The notes under the pieces are model-generated. The model made no database searches. It saw only the letters and a list, made by a program, of their open reading frames with translations, and was not told the origin of the DNA. Positions 38,950 through 51,900 of a DNA stretch of 64,000 nucleotides are shown in pieces. The stretch is from Paraphysomonas bandaiensis (taxonomy: Eukaryota > Protista > Chrysophyceae): contig CBFFRP010000094.1 in NCBI GenBank assembly GCA_965644295.1, positions 107,008-171,007 on the forward strand, in the 5' to 3' direction. Every line of letters begins with the position of its first letter. Positions within the stretch are counted from its first letter, which is position 1. Position numbers and translations under genes: made by a program.

Positions 38950-40090
38950 CACATATGTGTGGTGCACGACGTACCTCTGATGAATCTGAATGGACATATG
39001 AAGACAAAGGAATTTACATTGCCGACGCAGTAGCAGGAGAGGACTGGCTTGAGGTAGATAGACTACCGGCCAGGCACCTGGATATTGGACAGACAGTGGG
39101 GCACTACTTCCGCGCAAACTGGCACAAGCAGATGGTGGACCATCAAAGGATAAAGTTAGTTCCCACCTGCGCCAGCGAGTACTCAATGCAGCACTGACAT
39201 GGGACAAATCTTTCAGCATAGGAAGAAACCGGGCGAAAACCAAACACGGACTCGACCTGGCTAAAGCCGCATGTTCTGACTGCGGATTTCGACTAGACTC
39301 ACTCAAGCATATGTGTCTAGACTGTACAAATGACGCCATAACGCAGATAAGGGAGCCTGCATTTCACAGCCACAAAAACGCGCTTCTAGAAGAACTGAGA
39401 AATCCGGTACTACCCCAATGGACCACCACTGTACTACAGCGGCTCTCCAGCAGGGCCTGGAATCCTTCCGTTCCACAGGTGGAGAGATTCTGGACGGGTA
39501 CCATCACAACTGCACAACTCGAGACGGTTTTTGGAGATCACATCCATGAGTCACTGACACCCCAAGGACTGCGCAGCATCGAATCAGCGGTCATCAGATT
39601 GCTTCTACCACTATTCGCTGCAGTAGACGATTCGTTACCCTATACAGAAAGGACCCCCTAGGCTACTACCGCGACCGCGTCCAAAACATAGACAGAAATG
39701 GAAACGCCCAAGGGTGCTAAGAAGATTACTAGGAATCCACAGATGAACCGAGACTGGAACACCGCCCACCGCACATATGAACCCCACCAATCATACACAT
39801 AGGACCATAGCACCGGACACATGAAACCATCAGGCCCTAGACAGCGGCGACGCCGTCTCCGGCAACTCCACCTCTGCCTGACGCCCAGACGGTGCATGGC
39901 GACAACGCCACATTCCACCACACCATCAACCTCTCAGCACACACATCTAGTGCTCGGTACACTCAGGACCTTAATGAAGAACCCTGTGCCTCAGAGCCTG
40001 GCGGAACCTTATCCCAAGGGGAGACCCCCGGACAACACGCGCCAGTGAGTCCTAAGACACACGAGCAGGGCGAAACTCACAAACAACACT
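38950..40090 (+). mobile_element. Degenerate non-LTR retrotransposon 3' portion (RNase H C-terminus + CCHC finger)
   Basis: RRTSDESEWTYEDKGIYIADAVA is RNase H end-like. After a frameshift, ACSDCGFRLDSLKHMCLDC is a CCHC zinc finger. Confidence 0.6.
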
Positions 40091-40093
40091 AAG

Positions 40094-40572
40094 AACGGAA
40101 GTGGTTGCACCTTGGTGCTTGCGGCGACGCACAAGCAGCTTCTGTAGCGCTAAATAGTAGGATAATAGAATTTGAGCTGATTAGTTATGGGTAGAGGTCT
40201 AACTAGTATGTCTAGCATTCAACTAGCCACTATATTGGCACGAGTTTTTAACGCCTATTGCTAAATAATAAGACTTTCAATATATATGTGTGGTGCTAAC
40301 GCTCTGCTCAAACGTGTCTTGCTACTATTATTATACTATTAGGCATTAGGCCTTATCATTCAATCTTTATATCTAATAATATAGTAGTGAATGTCTGATT
40401 ATTTAGCAATAGGCGTTGAGACCTTGCATCAATTAGTGGCTAGAAGAATGCTAGTCATACTAGTTAGACCACTACCCGTAACTAATCAATACAAACTCTT
40501 TTATCCTACTATTTAACGCTACGAAAGCTGCTTGTGCGTCGCCGCAAGCACCAAGGTGCAACCACTTCCGTT
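40094..40572. mobile_element. Two inverted ~185-bp copies of repeat family B (solo-LTR-like or foldback/MITE arms)
   Basis: 40094-40279 is a diverged reverse complement of 40388-40572. Further copies or cores at 19335, 22456, 33090, 59921, 62690 and 63609. Confidence 0.75.
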
Positions 40573-41660
40573 CTCTAATAATATATATATACAAGTGTAT
40601 CCTTACTAAATACCAAGACTAACCTTAAATCTTATTTCCAACATCAACATTCTGTTCTACAAATCGTATCTCTAACAGCTACTATATTTTCAGTTTCTTT
40701 GTATACTTGTAATAACTACTTCTATAGTGTAGTCATGTATATTAGAGATAGTCAAATTGGGACTCTTAAACGCCTATTTCTTACAAATAAGACATTCTCT
40801 ATAGATAGTATCTAGTCTAGCTCTTTCCAAAAAAGAGCTCATATTGAGCTCTATCAGGCCAGCAAGGAAACGCGGTCGGGCTCCAATGCAGCTTTGCCCT
40901 GATCAAGGATGAATCCGTTGATGTTATCACTGGATGCTGGATGAACACGTACCTGAATGGTGAATAGCTTGACAGAGACAGTATGAATTTTAATATCGAA
41001 CACAATAGCGTTCTTCGTTGCAAGTAATTATCAGAATTGTTCGATATTATAATAATAGATGAGCTGTGTGATTATGAAAAGCAATTTATGATTAATCAAA
41101 TATATTTTCAAAGACGCACTAGCATAAACAATATATATCAATAATATGTTGCAATATATTGCGAGGCCATATTTTGCTAAAATAATAGTAAGCATATTGT
41201 AGTCAGCAAAAATAAATAATTGCATATTTATATTTTTTTTACCCGGCCCTGGTATATATGCATGAATTACAGCGTAGTGCTAAAAATAGAAGAATAAAAC
41301 AATTTCCGTGGCAGTTCGGTTCTCTTATGCCCCTGATGACATCATTACTGATCCAAAGATTGTGGGATTTGATGTCAACAAAAAAAGGGGGCTGTGGAAC
41401 TACACCGAACTTGGTCACCGAACAAAAAAGAAACGACACGAGTGCCATTACAACTATTTCTTATGTAAGACAATTATTAAGTGCATCGATTCGCCTTACA
41501 CAGTATTCACTAGCACAGTATTCCTAATTACAACTCATTGAACATATAATAGCAGTTTTGTCATTGCTGGTCCATCCGTTCGGACTGCCACATCCACGCA
41601 TCACTCAATGAGTGAAAGAAAGGCTGTAAACAACTAGAAAACAGTCCACCTGACATTAGA

Positions 41661-44600
41661 TTATCGGTTTAGACTAGGCAAAGGCTTTCCTCTGGGAAGA
41701 TTTCCATTCCCATTGATCTGCATATCAGGAGGGGGGTAAGCAGGGGCTTTGGGTACGTGTTTTACGTTCCTGTGAACTACAAGTTAGTCGCCCACAAACT
41801 CAAATGCATAAACATGTAGTGTGTATCTTTTACTCAACAGTATTCACAGGCCAGCAACTCTATACCTTTGTTTAACTTTACTGGGGCGGGCAGCAGCATG
41901 AGCCGAGCTGTGCACATGGTCACCACCATGAGGACCCTCTTCAGCCATATTCATACGACTATCTGCATCACTTCTCATTTTCTGTTTAAGTTTTCCCAGT
42001 GCTTGGTTTTTTTTCTTACGCCGACCAATCTTTCGTCCTCCACTGATGTCTGGTGCAGTTGGCGACGGATGCTGCTCGGCTGATATATCGCTCATAATCG
42101 AGAAATCGTCGTTGTAATCCTGAGAGTCAGAAATATCATCCAGTTCCTCGAAAGAGTCTTCATACTTCGACTCCACATGGTGATGCTGATGTTTCGTCTC
42201 TCGATCAAACTTACTTTCATACACACCCTTTTTATGTCGGTCAGGATGACTTGAGCCCCGAGGAGAGTGAGGGGGGTAAGCTCGAGAGTTCTTGTCGTCC
42301 GCATCACCAGAAGCACCCCCTTCGAGCCACCTCGAATTGTTTTGAATCTGGCCTCTGCCACGACCAGCCTGTCGAATTACTCTATTCTGACTCGCCGCCG
42401 CTGAGGACAGCCCCCCGAGTCCCCCGCCAACTCTGATACCAGGTCGATTTTTGGCAGGAACATCACACGAAGTGTCGGGGTATATCATTGGAGAAGGTCC
42501 CTTGTGACCCTTTCGGGCATTAAGTCCTTGGATTTGCATGTCGCTGAACTTATCCGAGCTATCTGCCATGTCGTCTGACCCATTCGACTGAATAGTAATG
42601 TCTTGCTGAGAATGTGAGGATTTGTGCTTCCCCCCCTCCTTTCGCCTTACTCCATACTGACCTGCGCCTTTGACAGCGAAATCCTCACTTTCCTCACCAA
42701 CTTCTAAATCTCCGTCGTAATCGCCTTCACTGTGCTCTCGGCGATAGTTCTTGCGACCCGCAACCCCTCGGCCCACTTTCGAGTCGCTGTTGCGTTTGTT
42801 GCGCGGCTGTCGCGATATAGGAGGGATACGCGCATGATGATCTGTGAAAATTAACGTTACCATAAGACACTACCGAAACTTAGCTTCGCAAATAGTAAAA
42901 CATGATAGATTATACAATATTAGCGTATGCATATAGGCAGCAGAGATGTGTATGAAGACATACTTGGCGATATATCGTGTTTCTGATCAATTTCTGGCCA
43001 CTCGTTAGGGCCTCCGCGAGCTGAATCAGCGACACTCGAAAGAGGTAAGTCTCGGGCACTGCTAGGGTTCCACCCAGCATCGTGGGAGACTTCCTGAAGT
43101 GGAAGTCGTCCTATAGGATTCGCTGCAGAGTATTAGCTTCATTTGTAATAATATATTGGTGCTTAACATATATATGGAGCCGCTACACACAGGCTATCGG
43201 CAGCATAGCACATTTTAACGTACTCACCAATGCTCCTAGGAGGTGAAGGTGGTGACATGGGGCAATCAGCCTCCATCAGGGCTCTTTCCATTGCTGCTAG
43301 TTGATCATATCCAACTTTTCGATTCAAACCATTCTCTTGCAGGACACTTTTTTGTCGCTTGATGATCTTGTCTTTTACAGCCAATTGTAGCCTGAACGCA
43401 ACAATATCAGCAAGTGTGAGGTTTCAAAAGGACATACTTTAGTTTGTGGATGGTAAGGTCTTTGCCTTTCAGTATACTGTCATGCACAATGCGGTGTTGC
43501 TCCAGTTCCATATTCTCCAGTTCAAGTTTTCCAACCTGCTCCATTTTAGTACTGTTGGTGAAACATCTACAAGCATGGCATATATACACACCAGACACTC
43601 ACCTGATACTGAAGCTCCATCAGCTCTTTCCTGTCTTCTCCAGTTATTTTACTCCCTAGCTCAGTCCTAATATACATTCGTACAAAATTCAACTCACGAA
43701 ATGACGAACGCAAATTATTACTTCTTACGTACCTGAACGCCTCAGCGTCCTTTTCATTATTCCGCAGTCTCTTCTCAATGTTACGCTTCATCGCGTTGTT
43801 TTTAGAAATTGCCTTTCGCAACTGCTCGCACTCCGAGAGAGCTTCCTGCATCGCAAGAACAAAGGTAAAATATAATACGCTGTAAAAAATAGTGCACCTT
43901 TACTTCAGGAGGACCATTAGCAAGCACTTGAGTAGTTAGTTGGGCGGAATCCAGAGTTTCTGCAGGATTCTGGCAGTTCGCTTTAATAACGTTTCCGGAC
44001 CATTGAACTACAATCAACTGTCGCTTGCTGACCTGCATCGTCAACAAGAGGTCAATAGACGTCCAGAGTCATTTCTATGACAAAGCATAGTAGATTCTAA
44101 CCTCGATAGAGTTCTGTACATTCTGGTCCTCAAGCTCAATAAGAGATCGACGTAGCTGCATACGCTCTTGAAAGTTATCGACAATTTTCTGGCGCATACT
44201 GTTAACTATCTCACGGCCCTCACCGGCACTGCGCAGAGAGGCAGCTACATAAATCCAACGAGTGAGCATCCAATTCCAATAATAACAGAAATACAATGAG
44301 ATGGTAGCAAGCAGTTTTTGTATTCCCAGTATAGGTTTATAAAATAATAAAGCATAAAATATTACACATAGAAAATACTACAGTCTGTCACGCATTCATA
44401 CTCTCCGCTGCATACCTGACCGCATTGAGTCCCTTAGGGCCTGTAACGGAGTCGAGGGCTGTCTCAAAACTTGTAGTGGAGATGGAGGATGATGCTGATT
44501 TTGACCATTTCCACTTTTGGGTGACGGCGGGTCAGTGATGACCACTGGAGCCGCAGCTTGAGAGCTGATCTGATCCTTCAGAACCTTGATTTCACTCCGT

Positions 44601-46145
44601 AGATTGGTGATAAGACTGACGTACTCAGAAATATGATGATTTACATTCAAAACATTCCTCTGTACATTGGTCTTAATATTTTTAGCTCGATTCGCATATT
44701 TCAAAGTGTTCAATGTTTCTTCAAAAGAAGACTCAGCTGAACTAATATTGGCAATCATTACTGTACGGCAATTCCCACCCAATGAATCCTTCAGCAAGCG
44801 CGTCAATTTGCTGTCGCGATAAGGCACAAAGTTTCCTTTATGACCCTTCTCTCCTAATGCATTAATGCAGTTTCCTAGAGCAAGCAAAGACCGATTGATA
44901 TTCGCGCCTTCAACAAGGCGCTTCCCGCTGTTCTTAGTATTAGCAGCTCGTTCACTTCCTGCGAGGTCCACAAGAGATAGTTTTCCCACCTTGATATTAG
45001 CCACAGTGCCGGGTGCCCGGTCTTTGCATTCCACCACCACTTGTAGCACTGCGTGGGACCTGACAAAGTGTTATGCATATATCGCCACACATTTCATGAA
45101 ACTCCAATACCGCACGAATACATACATGAGATATTTTGTATGCACAGCATTTCGACACAGAGCACTATATATACATAATACACGAATTGCCATACCTTGA
45201 TGACACTTCATTGGCTGCAGTCGCCTGTTGTGTGCGGCGTTGGTTGCCCGTATGTAAGAGGTTCATGATTTCTTCACTGCTCTTCGTCTCCACTTCTGTG
45301 ATACCAGCAACCATAGGTCCTACATCACACAAGGGAATAGTAAGCCGACGAGACGGCATAACTCTTGCAATATATCAGCAATTTTAAAGAATTGACATAC
45401 CCGCAATGGGATCTTCTCGTAAATCCAAGTATTCCTCCACATCACTGAGCAAATCCTTTATATTTTCGTTGTATACCTATATAAATAAAAACTTCCATGA
45501 CCAAAAATATATGAATACTTCATAGAAAATCCTTAATATTACACGTAAATGACAACAAATATTTTATTCAGACTATTGTTGCAATTCACTAACCTCCAAA
45601 AAAGACACGGTTATCTTGAAAGCAACCCCGTCCCTTTTGCCATTCTTTTCGCTGTAGTGAAACAGGTCGTTCATCACTCGAACCATAATCCCAGGTTCTG
45701 CTTTAGATCCAATCATTGTGTGTGTCTTACCCGCACCAGTATTTCCATAAGCAAAGACTGTGGCATTATAGCCATCCAGCACTCCTTGGATGAGGAATTT
45801 CGAAGTATGGTTGTAAACCGACTGCTGAGATGAACCTGGCTCGAACACGTAGTCAAACGCATACTGCTTCTCTCTACTTCGTTTTCCTCGAAGAACATCA
45901 TTTTTATCATGACTTGGATCCATGATAATAACAACCTTGGCGTCGAGAACACGAACAATGCCATTTTTAATCACATCATGCTTTAGAATCGGTCGCACAC
46001 GAACCGCGACGAGAATATTCGATTGTCCTGCCCACATAGCCTTCATATGTTCTCCAGCAACACCATCTTCTTCCATCTGAGCAACCATTTGTGCCATATC
46101 TTCGAGCTTCCGCCCTGCAGTGGCCATCATTCCAGGGGCAGCCAT
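41661..46145 (-). CDS. Kinesin-8 (KIF19/KIF18-like), multi-exon
   Basis: SNILVAVRVRP, ATVFAYGNTGAGKTHTM, LSLVDLAGSERA, EGANINRSLLALGNCINAL, VPYRDSKLTRLLKDSLGGNCRTVMIA, FQERMQLRRSLIELE. Confidence 0.9.
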
Positions 46146-46424
46146 GACTACGCCGCTCTTTATAATATCGTGAATTTAATTATCAGATAACTCAAATGAA
46201 ATTCCCAAACTGATTTTAAAACATCAGCGTTCAATCCACCACAATAATATTCCTGTCGCCTCTGAACTTGTCTGAACAATGAGGCTGATGACTCGCAGGT
46301 TCTGAACAGACACTCGCTCGAACTGAACATACCCTCGTTTGATTTAACATACACGAACACACCAACAGCTTGATACACCATATACAACACAATACAGCGA
46401 AGTACAGCCGCTAAGAAGTTACAC

Positions 46425-46720
46425 ATGTATGTATGTATGTATGTATGTATGTATGTATGTATGTATGTATGTATGTATGTATGTATGTATGTATGTATGT
46501 ATGTATGTATGTATGTATGTATGTATGTATGTATGTATGTATGTATGTATGTATGTATGTATGTATGTATGTATGTATGTATGTATGTATGTATGAATGT
46601 ATGTATGTATGTATGTATGTATGTATGTATGTATGTATGTATGTATGTATGTATGTATGTATGTATGTATGTATGTATGTATGTATGTATGTATGTATGT
46701 ATGTATGTATGTATGTATGT
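46425..46720. repeat. (TATG)n microsatellite, ~74 units with one interruption, in a divergent promoter
   Basis: Lies between start codons 46145(-) and 46796(+). Confidence 0.97.
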
Positions 46721-46795
46721 GTATATGAACCAGCCATATCTGGGTATAGCACTCTTGTTCTTATTCTTGTAGCAGTGCAGTGCAGGCGGGAAATT

Positions 46796-47425
46796 ATGTT
46801 ACACATCTCTCGTTTGCAGCGTGTGCGTCACACATATTGTCGGTCCTTTTGTGCGTTTGATCTTCTGTTGGGTATAGGGGAGGCGCAGATAAAGGACGAT
46901 TCCATCGCAGTGGTCAACTACCCCTTCAAACCATCTCAGGTATACCCGTCCAAGAGAATATCTCCCGACCGTATTGCTGAGATTCATGTGGGACATAACA
47001 TCGTCGTTCCAACAGTGCAGCTGACGGAGCGAGATGAGCTCATATTCGTCAGCTCGGATTATAGAGCAGAGCTAAAAGAGTTTGCTGTGAAGCATAGAAT
47101 TCCACTCACTGAGAGAGAATCGAACTGGAGACTCCTCACGAAACCTTTCCTTAATGCCGAACCTAATAAGAGTGATATCGAAATGACTATATCTAAACTA
47201 CAATCCAATGGCTTTACTATAAACGATATTCAGCGTATTCGAAATGAAGTGAAAGAACAGTTGAACATATACAACTTTGACACGGAAATACTGCTCAGTG
47301 ACCATTTAGATTTGTCCGATGTGCTGCAAGCTATGACGGGAGCATATAGTGGGAGAAGATATATAAAGTTTTATTGGGATGCTATGGAAATAGAAGTAAG
47401 AACGAATAGAGAGAAACCGAAGTAA
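46796..47425 (+). CDS. Intronless hypothetical protein, bacterial-like, with a possible mitochondrial presequence
   Basis: 209-aa ORF with a basic N-terminus MLHISRLQRVRHTYCRSF; core YPFKPS...ELIFVS...PFL...YNFDT...FYWDAMEI. Confidence 0.7.
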   Translation: MLHISRLQRVRHTYCRSFCAFDLLLGIGEAQIKDDSIAVVNYPFKPSQVYPSKRISPDRIAEIHVGHNIVVPTVQLTERDELIFVSSDYRAELKEFAVKHRIPLTERESNWRLLTKPFLNAEPNKSDIEMTISKLQSNGFTINDIQRIRNEVKEQLNIYNFDTEILLSDHLDLSDVLQAMTGAYSGRRYIKFYWDAMEIEVRTNREKPK

Positions 47426-48270
47426 ATCTACTTACTGAATGATAACTGCTTCCATGGTTACTGCTCTACCCTTTGATTTTTCTTTATATTTTTCCTACAT
47501 CGGCGTAGAAAGGTGTGCGGAACTGATACTATTGTCGTAGATATCCTTGTCGGATAGTAAGCACACCAGTTGAAAAGTGGCCATCCTGACGGGATTATAC
47601 TAAGTGAGTAGCTATTGCTATTATTGCAACGGCACCATATGTAACTTTCACTTCAAATACTTTTAAAAGACAACTAATCTTCCTTTGAGAATTAAGCTAC
47701 ATTGTTTGTTACAATTCCAGAGCACAACACTGGTATTACCTAAGTTTTATACGTTTTAAATTAATAATGCCTCTGTTAAGCAACGTTATATCGTCATACT
47801 TAAATATATTGTCAGCAATCTTGACCGCAATTTTTATATTTCAAAATAATGCACTCGCTCCTATAACACTGGTGCAATATATCGCTTTTGATAATTGGTA
47901 CTGACATTTGTATGCCATTACATAATAGATAATAGTACCCTCAGGCGACATACTCGATTTCATACGGAGAGACTTTCAACTACTGATTTTTATATCAGCT
48001 ACTAAACCAGATAGCTAAGTTAAACAGTCAAACCAGGGACTAAAATGATGTGAGAGAAAAAACTCTGTCGCTCCTTGTATAATTGTCGCTAACTTTAACT
48101 GAGGTCTCCTCAGACTTGTCATCACTCTCACTGTCCAAAAATATCAAAATGTCTACTATTGGAAGGTCTTTACGCATTTCTACAAATCAAAAAATGTTGT
48201 AGATATAAAAATATGTATATACTACACTCTACAACGACATGCGAGACAGAAATGCATTGTTAGAGGGAGT

Positions 48271-48497
48271 CAGGTGGGCTCATTCCCAGATGCTTGTTTA
48301 TTCGTCAGGACCCAAAGACGCCTGCACAAGCGACATTGATATTAGTGTCCCTTGTACCACACAAGCATTGGCCATGAGTGGGCAGAAAGTTATCTGCTGA
48401 TTATATATGCGGCTCACGTTAGTTTCCCGAAGAAATCGCTTCGGTACCAATCCCCCAGAGCACCACAAAAAGTGCAAGTCCGACTTTGTTGAAGGCT
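48271..48497 (+). mobile_element. Diverged partial copy of repeat family A
   Basis: Aligns with 62946-63145 (ggtggg.ccattccc.gatgc.tgtttattcgtca...cgttagtttccc...gtccgactttgtt). Confidence 0.75.
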
Positions 48498-48963
48498 TGG
48501 GAAAATATTTAAATATAAATTGACTTTCAAGTCGCCACTTTGTTTATTAAAGTCGAGTAATATATTCCTTTTACTTCAGGTTGTGATAATAACAATATCT
48601 GGTAATGTGATTTAACCAGGGTATAAGCCTTCTGTTACGATATCTAATTGTTTGCTAAGATATACAGGAGAAGTAGCAGGAAGTACCAGAAATACTATGC
48701 AGACGAGGTAATCACGTAAAGAATAGGGATCACACTTCATTAAAATCAAAAATCAATGGATACACTTCAATTTAACATATCTTGACGATCGCAACGCACA
48801 AACTAAGATATATGGCAAGTTTCCGCTAAGAATAAAATGCGCAACTAGCACTACAGAGTTAATTCAAATATACGTGTACCTTAGCATCAACAATTATATT
48901 CGTGGGAATAAGGCAAGCAGACTATACTGCTGATTGTGAAATCAATAATCGTTGAATATTTGA

Positions 48964-51900
48964 TTAGTCAGAAGTAGAATATAGATGAACCTTTACCGCA
49001 GAAGCCCCAGTGGCCTTGCTGAGCCAAATAGCTAATAAAAAAATAGTGATTGACATCACTGCAAGTATCGTGCTCGTTGCAGGATAAGTGGTGAAATGCT
49101 GAGCCCCATCACTGGAGGATCTTGATGCCACAATACCGTCATCTATTGTCATAGAATTCAAATCTGCATCTGAAATCAACGAAGTGCTAAGCACGCCAGA
49201 CGTATATGTGCTTAGAAAATATACATCATATTGCTTAACATAAGGAAGCTTGTCATCATTCGAATAATGAAAAGGTGTGGTTAATCCACAAGCCATAGTA
49301 CCTTCTAACACTTTGGTATCGTCCACAACAACATCACGAGATTCAACGAATTCATCAGTGCAGACTATCTTCACACCGTACACAGGACATATCAGCTCAA
49401 GAGTCGAATCATAGCTATCACAACTGACGTTGGTGAATGTATATGTATATCCCCCTGTGTCATCCTCGCTGCACGTAAAATTAATTGATGCAGTGCTACC
49501 ACTACAATCTTGGTAGTATGTTGTGGGAGATAAATCTACATCAGTTGAAATATTTAACAGAGATGTCAAACTCAAATCCACATCCATGTATGGGGTGACT
49601 GATGATAAGTTGTATTTCGATGAAACAAAATACGTAATGTATACAGTTGGTGTTATTTGATGACATAACCTTTCCAATGTGCACAAACTGTGAGGTAGTG
49701 TAATGAATAAAATCAGTGCACCATAAGATGAGGAGGATAATTGAATATTTTTAGCGAGTGATGGCTCCATATGAACAGTTCCACCATGAGTGCGATTGAA
49801 ATCCACCGGCATTGCTTCATCAGGCCAGGTCTTTAAAATATTAAACCTTAAGTACGTTAAATTCCTTAAATCGCTAAAACTTTGGCCAAGTGTGAGTGCG
49901 TCAAAAGCTTGATGGGCAACATTAATAGTACTAGATATAAGTACCCTTTTCAAAGGTTCTAAATCAGAAAGGTGTCGCCGCGAAAACTCATCCTCATGCC
50001 CATTATATAGCATACCAATAGTGGAGTCAACATAAGTGAAGAAATCAAGGGAACGGTATATAGTAGCCTTGCCATCAAACGATAAAGAAGTTATCGCTGA
50101 GGCCATATCAACAGCAAATGATGTAATTAATTCTTTGTCAATATAATCTGAAACAGTACAATGGTGAATAACATGGGTTGCATCACCAACAATAGCTTCA
50201 ATAAAATTCACAGTATACTCGCCGGCACTCAACAACTTAGAAAACAATCGAAATCCAAGATCAGAAAGACCATAACAATCACTTCCGTAAGTATGCGAAT
50301 AGCTAGTCTGGCACCATGTGTTCAGGCTATTGGTAACCCTAACTGACAGCTGCAAGAGTGCGTTTGAATCCTTTCGCAACTTATCAGAAGTAAAAGACAT
50401 GCGATAAACACCAAGCTGTTCCGAAATATTATATGACGACGGGAATACCAACGCTTGGGTACTTGCGTTCGAGACGCAACTTAACGAATCCGATATTTGT
50501 AACAAGAGAATGACAGTGAAATTCTGCAGTAGGTCTCCATCGGCCAGAAAAACTATCTCATGAGAAACTTCCGAAAAATCACTAAGTAACGAGAAGAGAG
50601 ACGCTACGAGATGTCGCGAAAAAGAGTATCTAAGAGGCAGGTGATCGTCCAGCCAGTGCGATGCGACTAAAGTGAACGGACTCTCGCTGTCCCCGCTAGT
50701 TGGGTCCACCCTGAAATCCCCAGATCTCGGTGGTTCATTGAACGCAAACGAAATAGCTGCAGAGCTAACTGAACCCTCCGCACAATCATACGATTCAGTG
50801 TGAATAATAAATGTATAGGTCGCACCGGGAATAAACTCGTAGGGCTGTATTTGGTGGTGATACACTACAGTGCCTGAAAGATTAAACACTTTTGATGCCA
50901 GTGGTATGCTTGTACCACTTTCAAGCCACTGAACTTTGAAATTACATTTCGCTGACACGGTAGCTGACAGCAATGTCGGAGAAGACCAATCCACAAACTT
51001 AGAAGTGGGAGAATCGATGCTAATATCGGGGAAAACGTCGCCATATGCACCAATCGATAATCTGATCGCCGACGTCCCGACCCTGCCGTCAGATCCAATG
51101 ATGTCAACAGAAAGGATATACGTCGATGAGGGGTAGAATACATCAGATATGTTTATCATAACAACGACAGAATTCTCTTCGGATACAACGCTTCCCAGGG
51201 AATTGAAGCCGTCACAACCAGACTCATTTACTGGAAAAATTTGAACACACTGCCAATGAGTGGACAAGCCGTCATAGCTACCAGTATTGGAGTCAAAACT
51301 CGACGATGTATCAAGAACAAGAGTACTTGAATATGCCATCGTACGATGCGATCCTCCGTTAATTGTAGTCACTATATCACCCGGAACTGTATGAACATAA
51401 ACCTCTGCAGTACCGTAATTAACTCCATCAAGGGTAACTTTAGCCTGAAATGTATACGTATGTCCTGCATCTAAACTATAAGCGCCCGCAATATATCTCC
51501 TTGGGTCACGAATTGCCGAATTGTGAACCCCCAGGTACACGTATCCATCCCGATAAACATCCCACACAAAATCATAAGTCTCATTCATATCAAACATGGG
51601 TGACGTATTGACATCAGCCAACAAATTCAAAGTTGAATTGGGAGTAACGGTCCGTATAGAAGGACCTGATATTGTTATGGAGGGAATAAATACACTAGAA
51701 TTGACATGCACCGTGACCGACGACGTCGATGAAATTCCAAGGATATTCGTAAGAGACAGAATAAACACATATGTGCCATCCATTAATATTGTTCGAGGAA
51801 CCACATCACATGACACTTTACCAGGAGTACAACCAAACCAAGACAGGTTTTTGTTAAGATAATCTTCGACAATTACCTGGTTTGTTGGTTCGGGTCCACT

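Noticed and set aside
40817-41541. Short ORFs that look like gene fragments
   Set aside because: No recognisable motif or splice structure.
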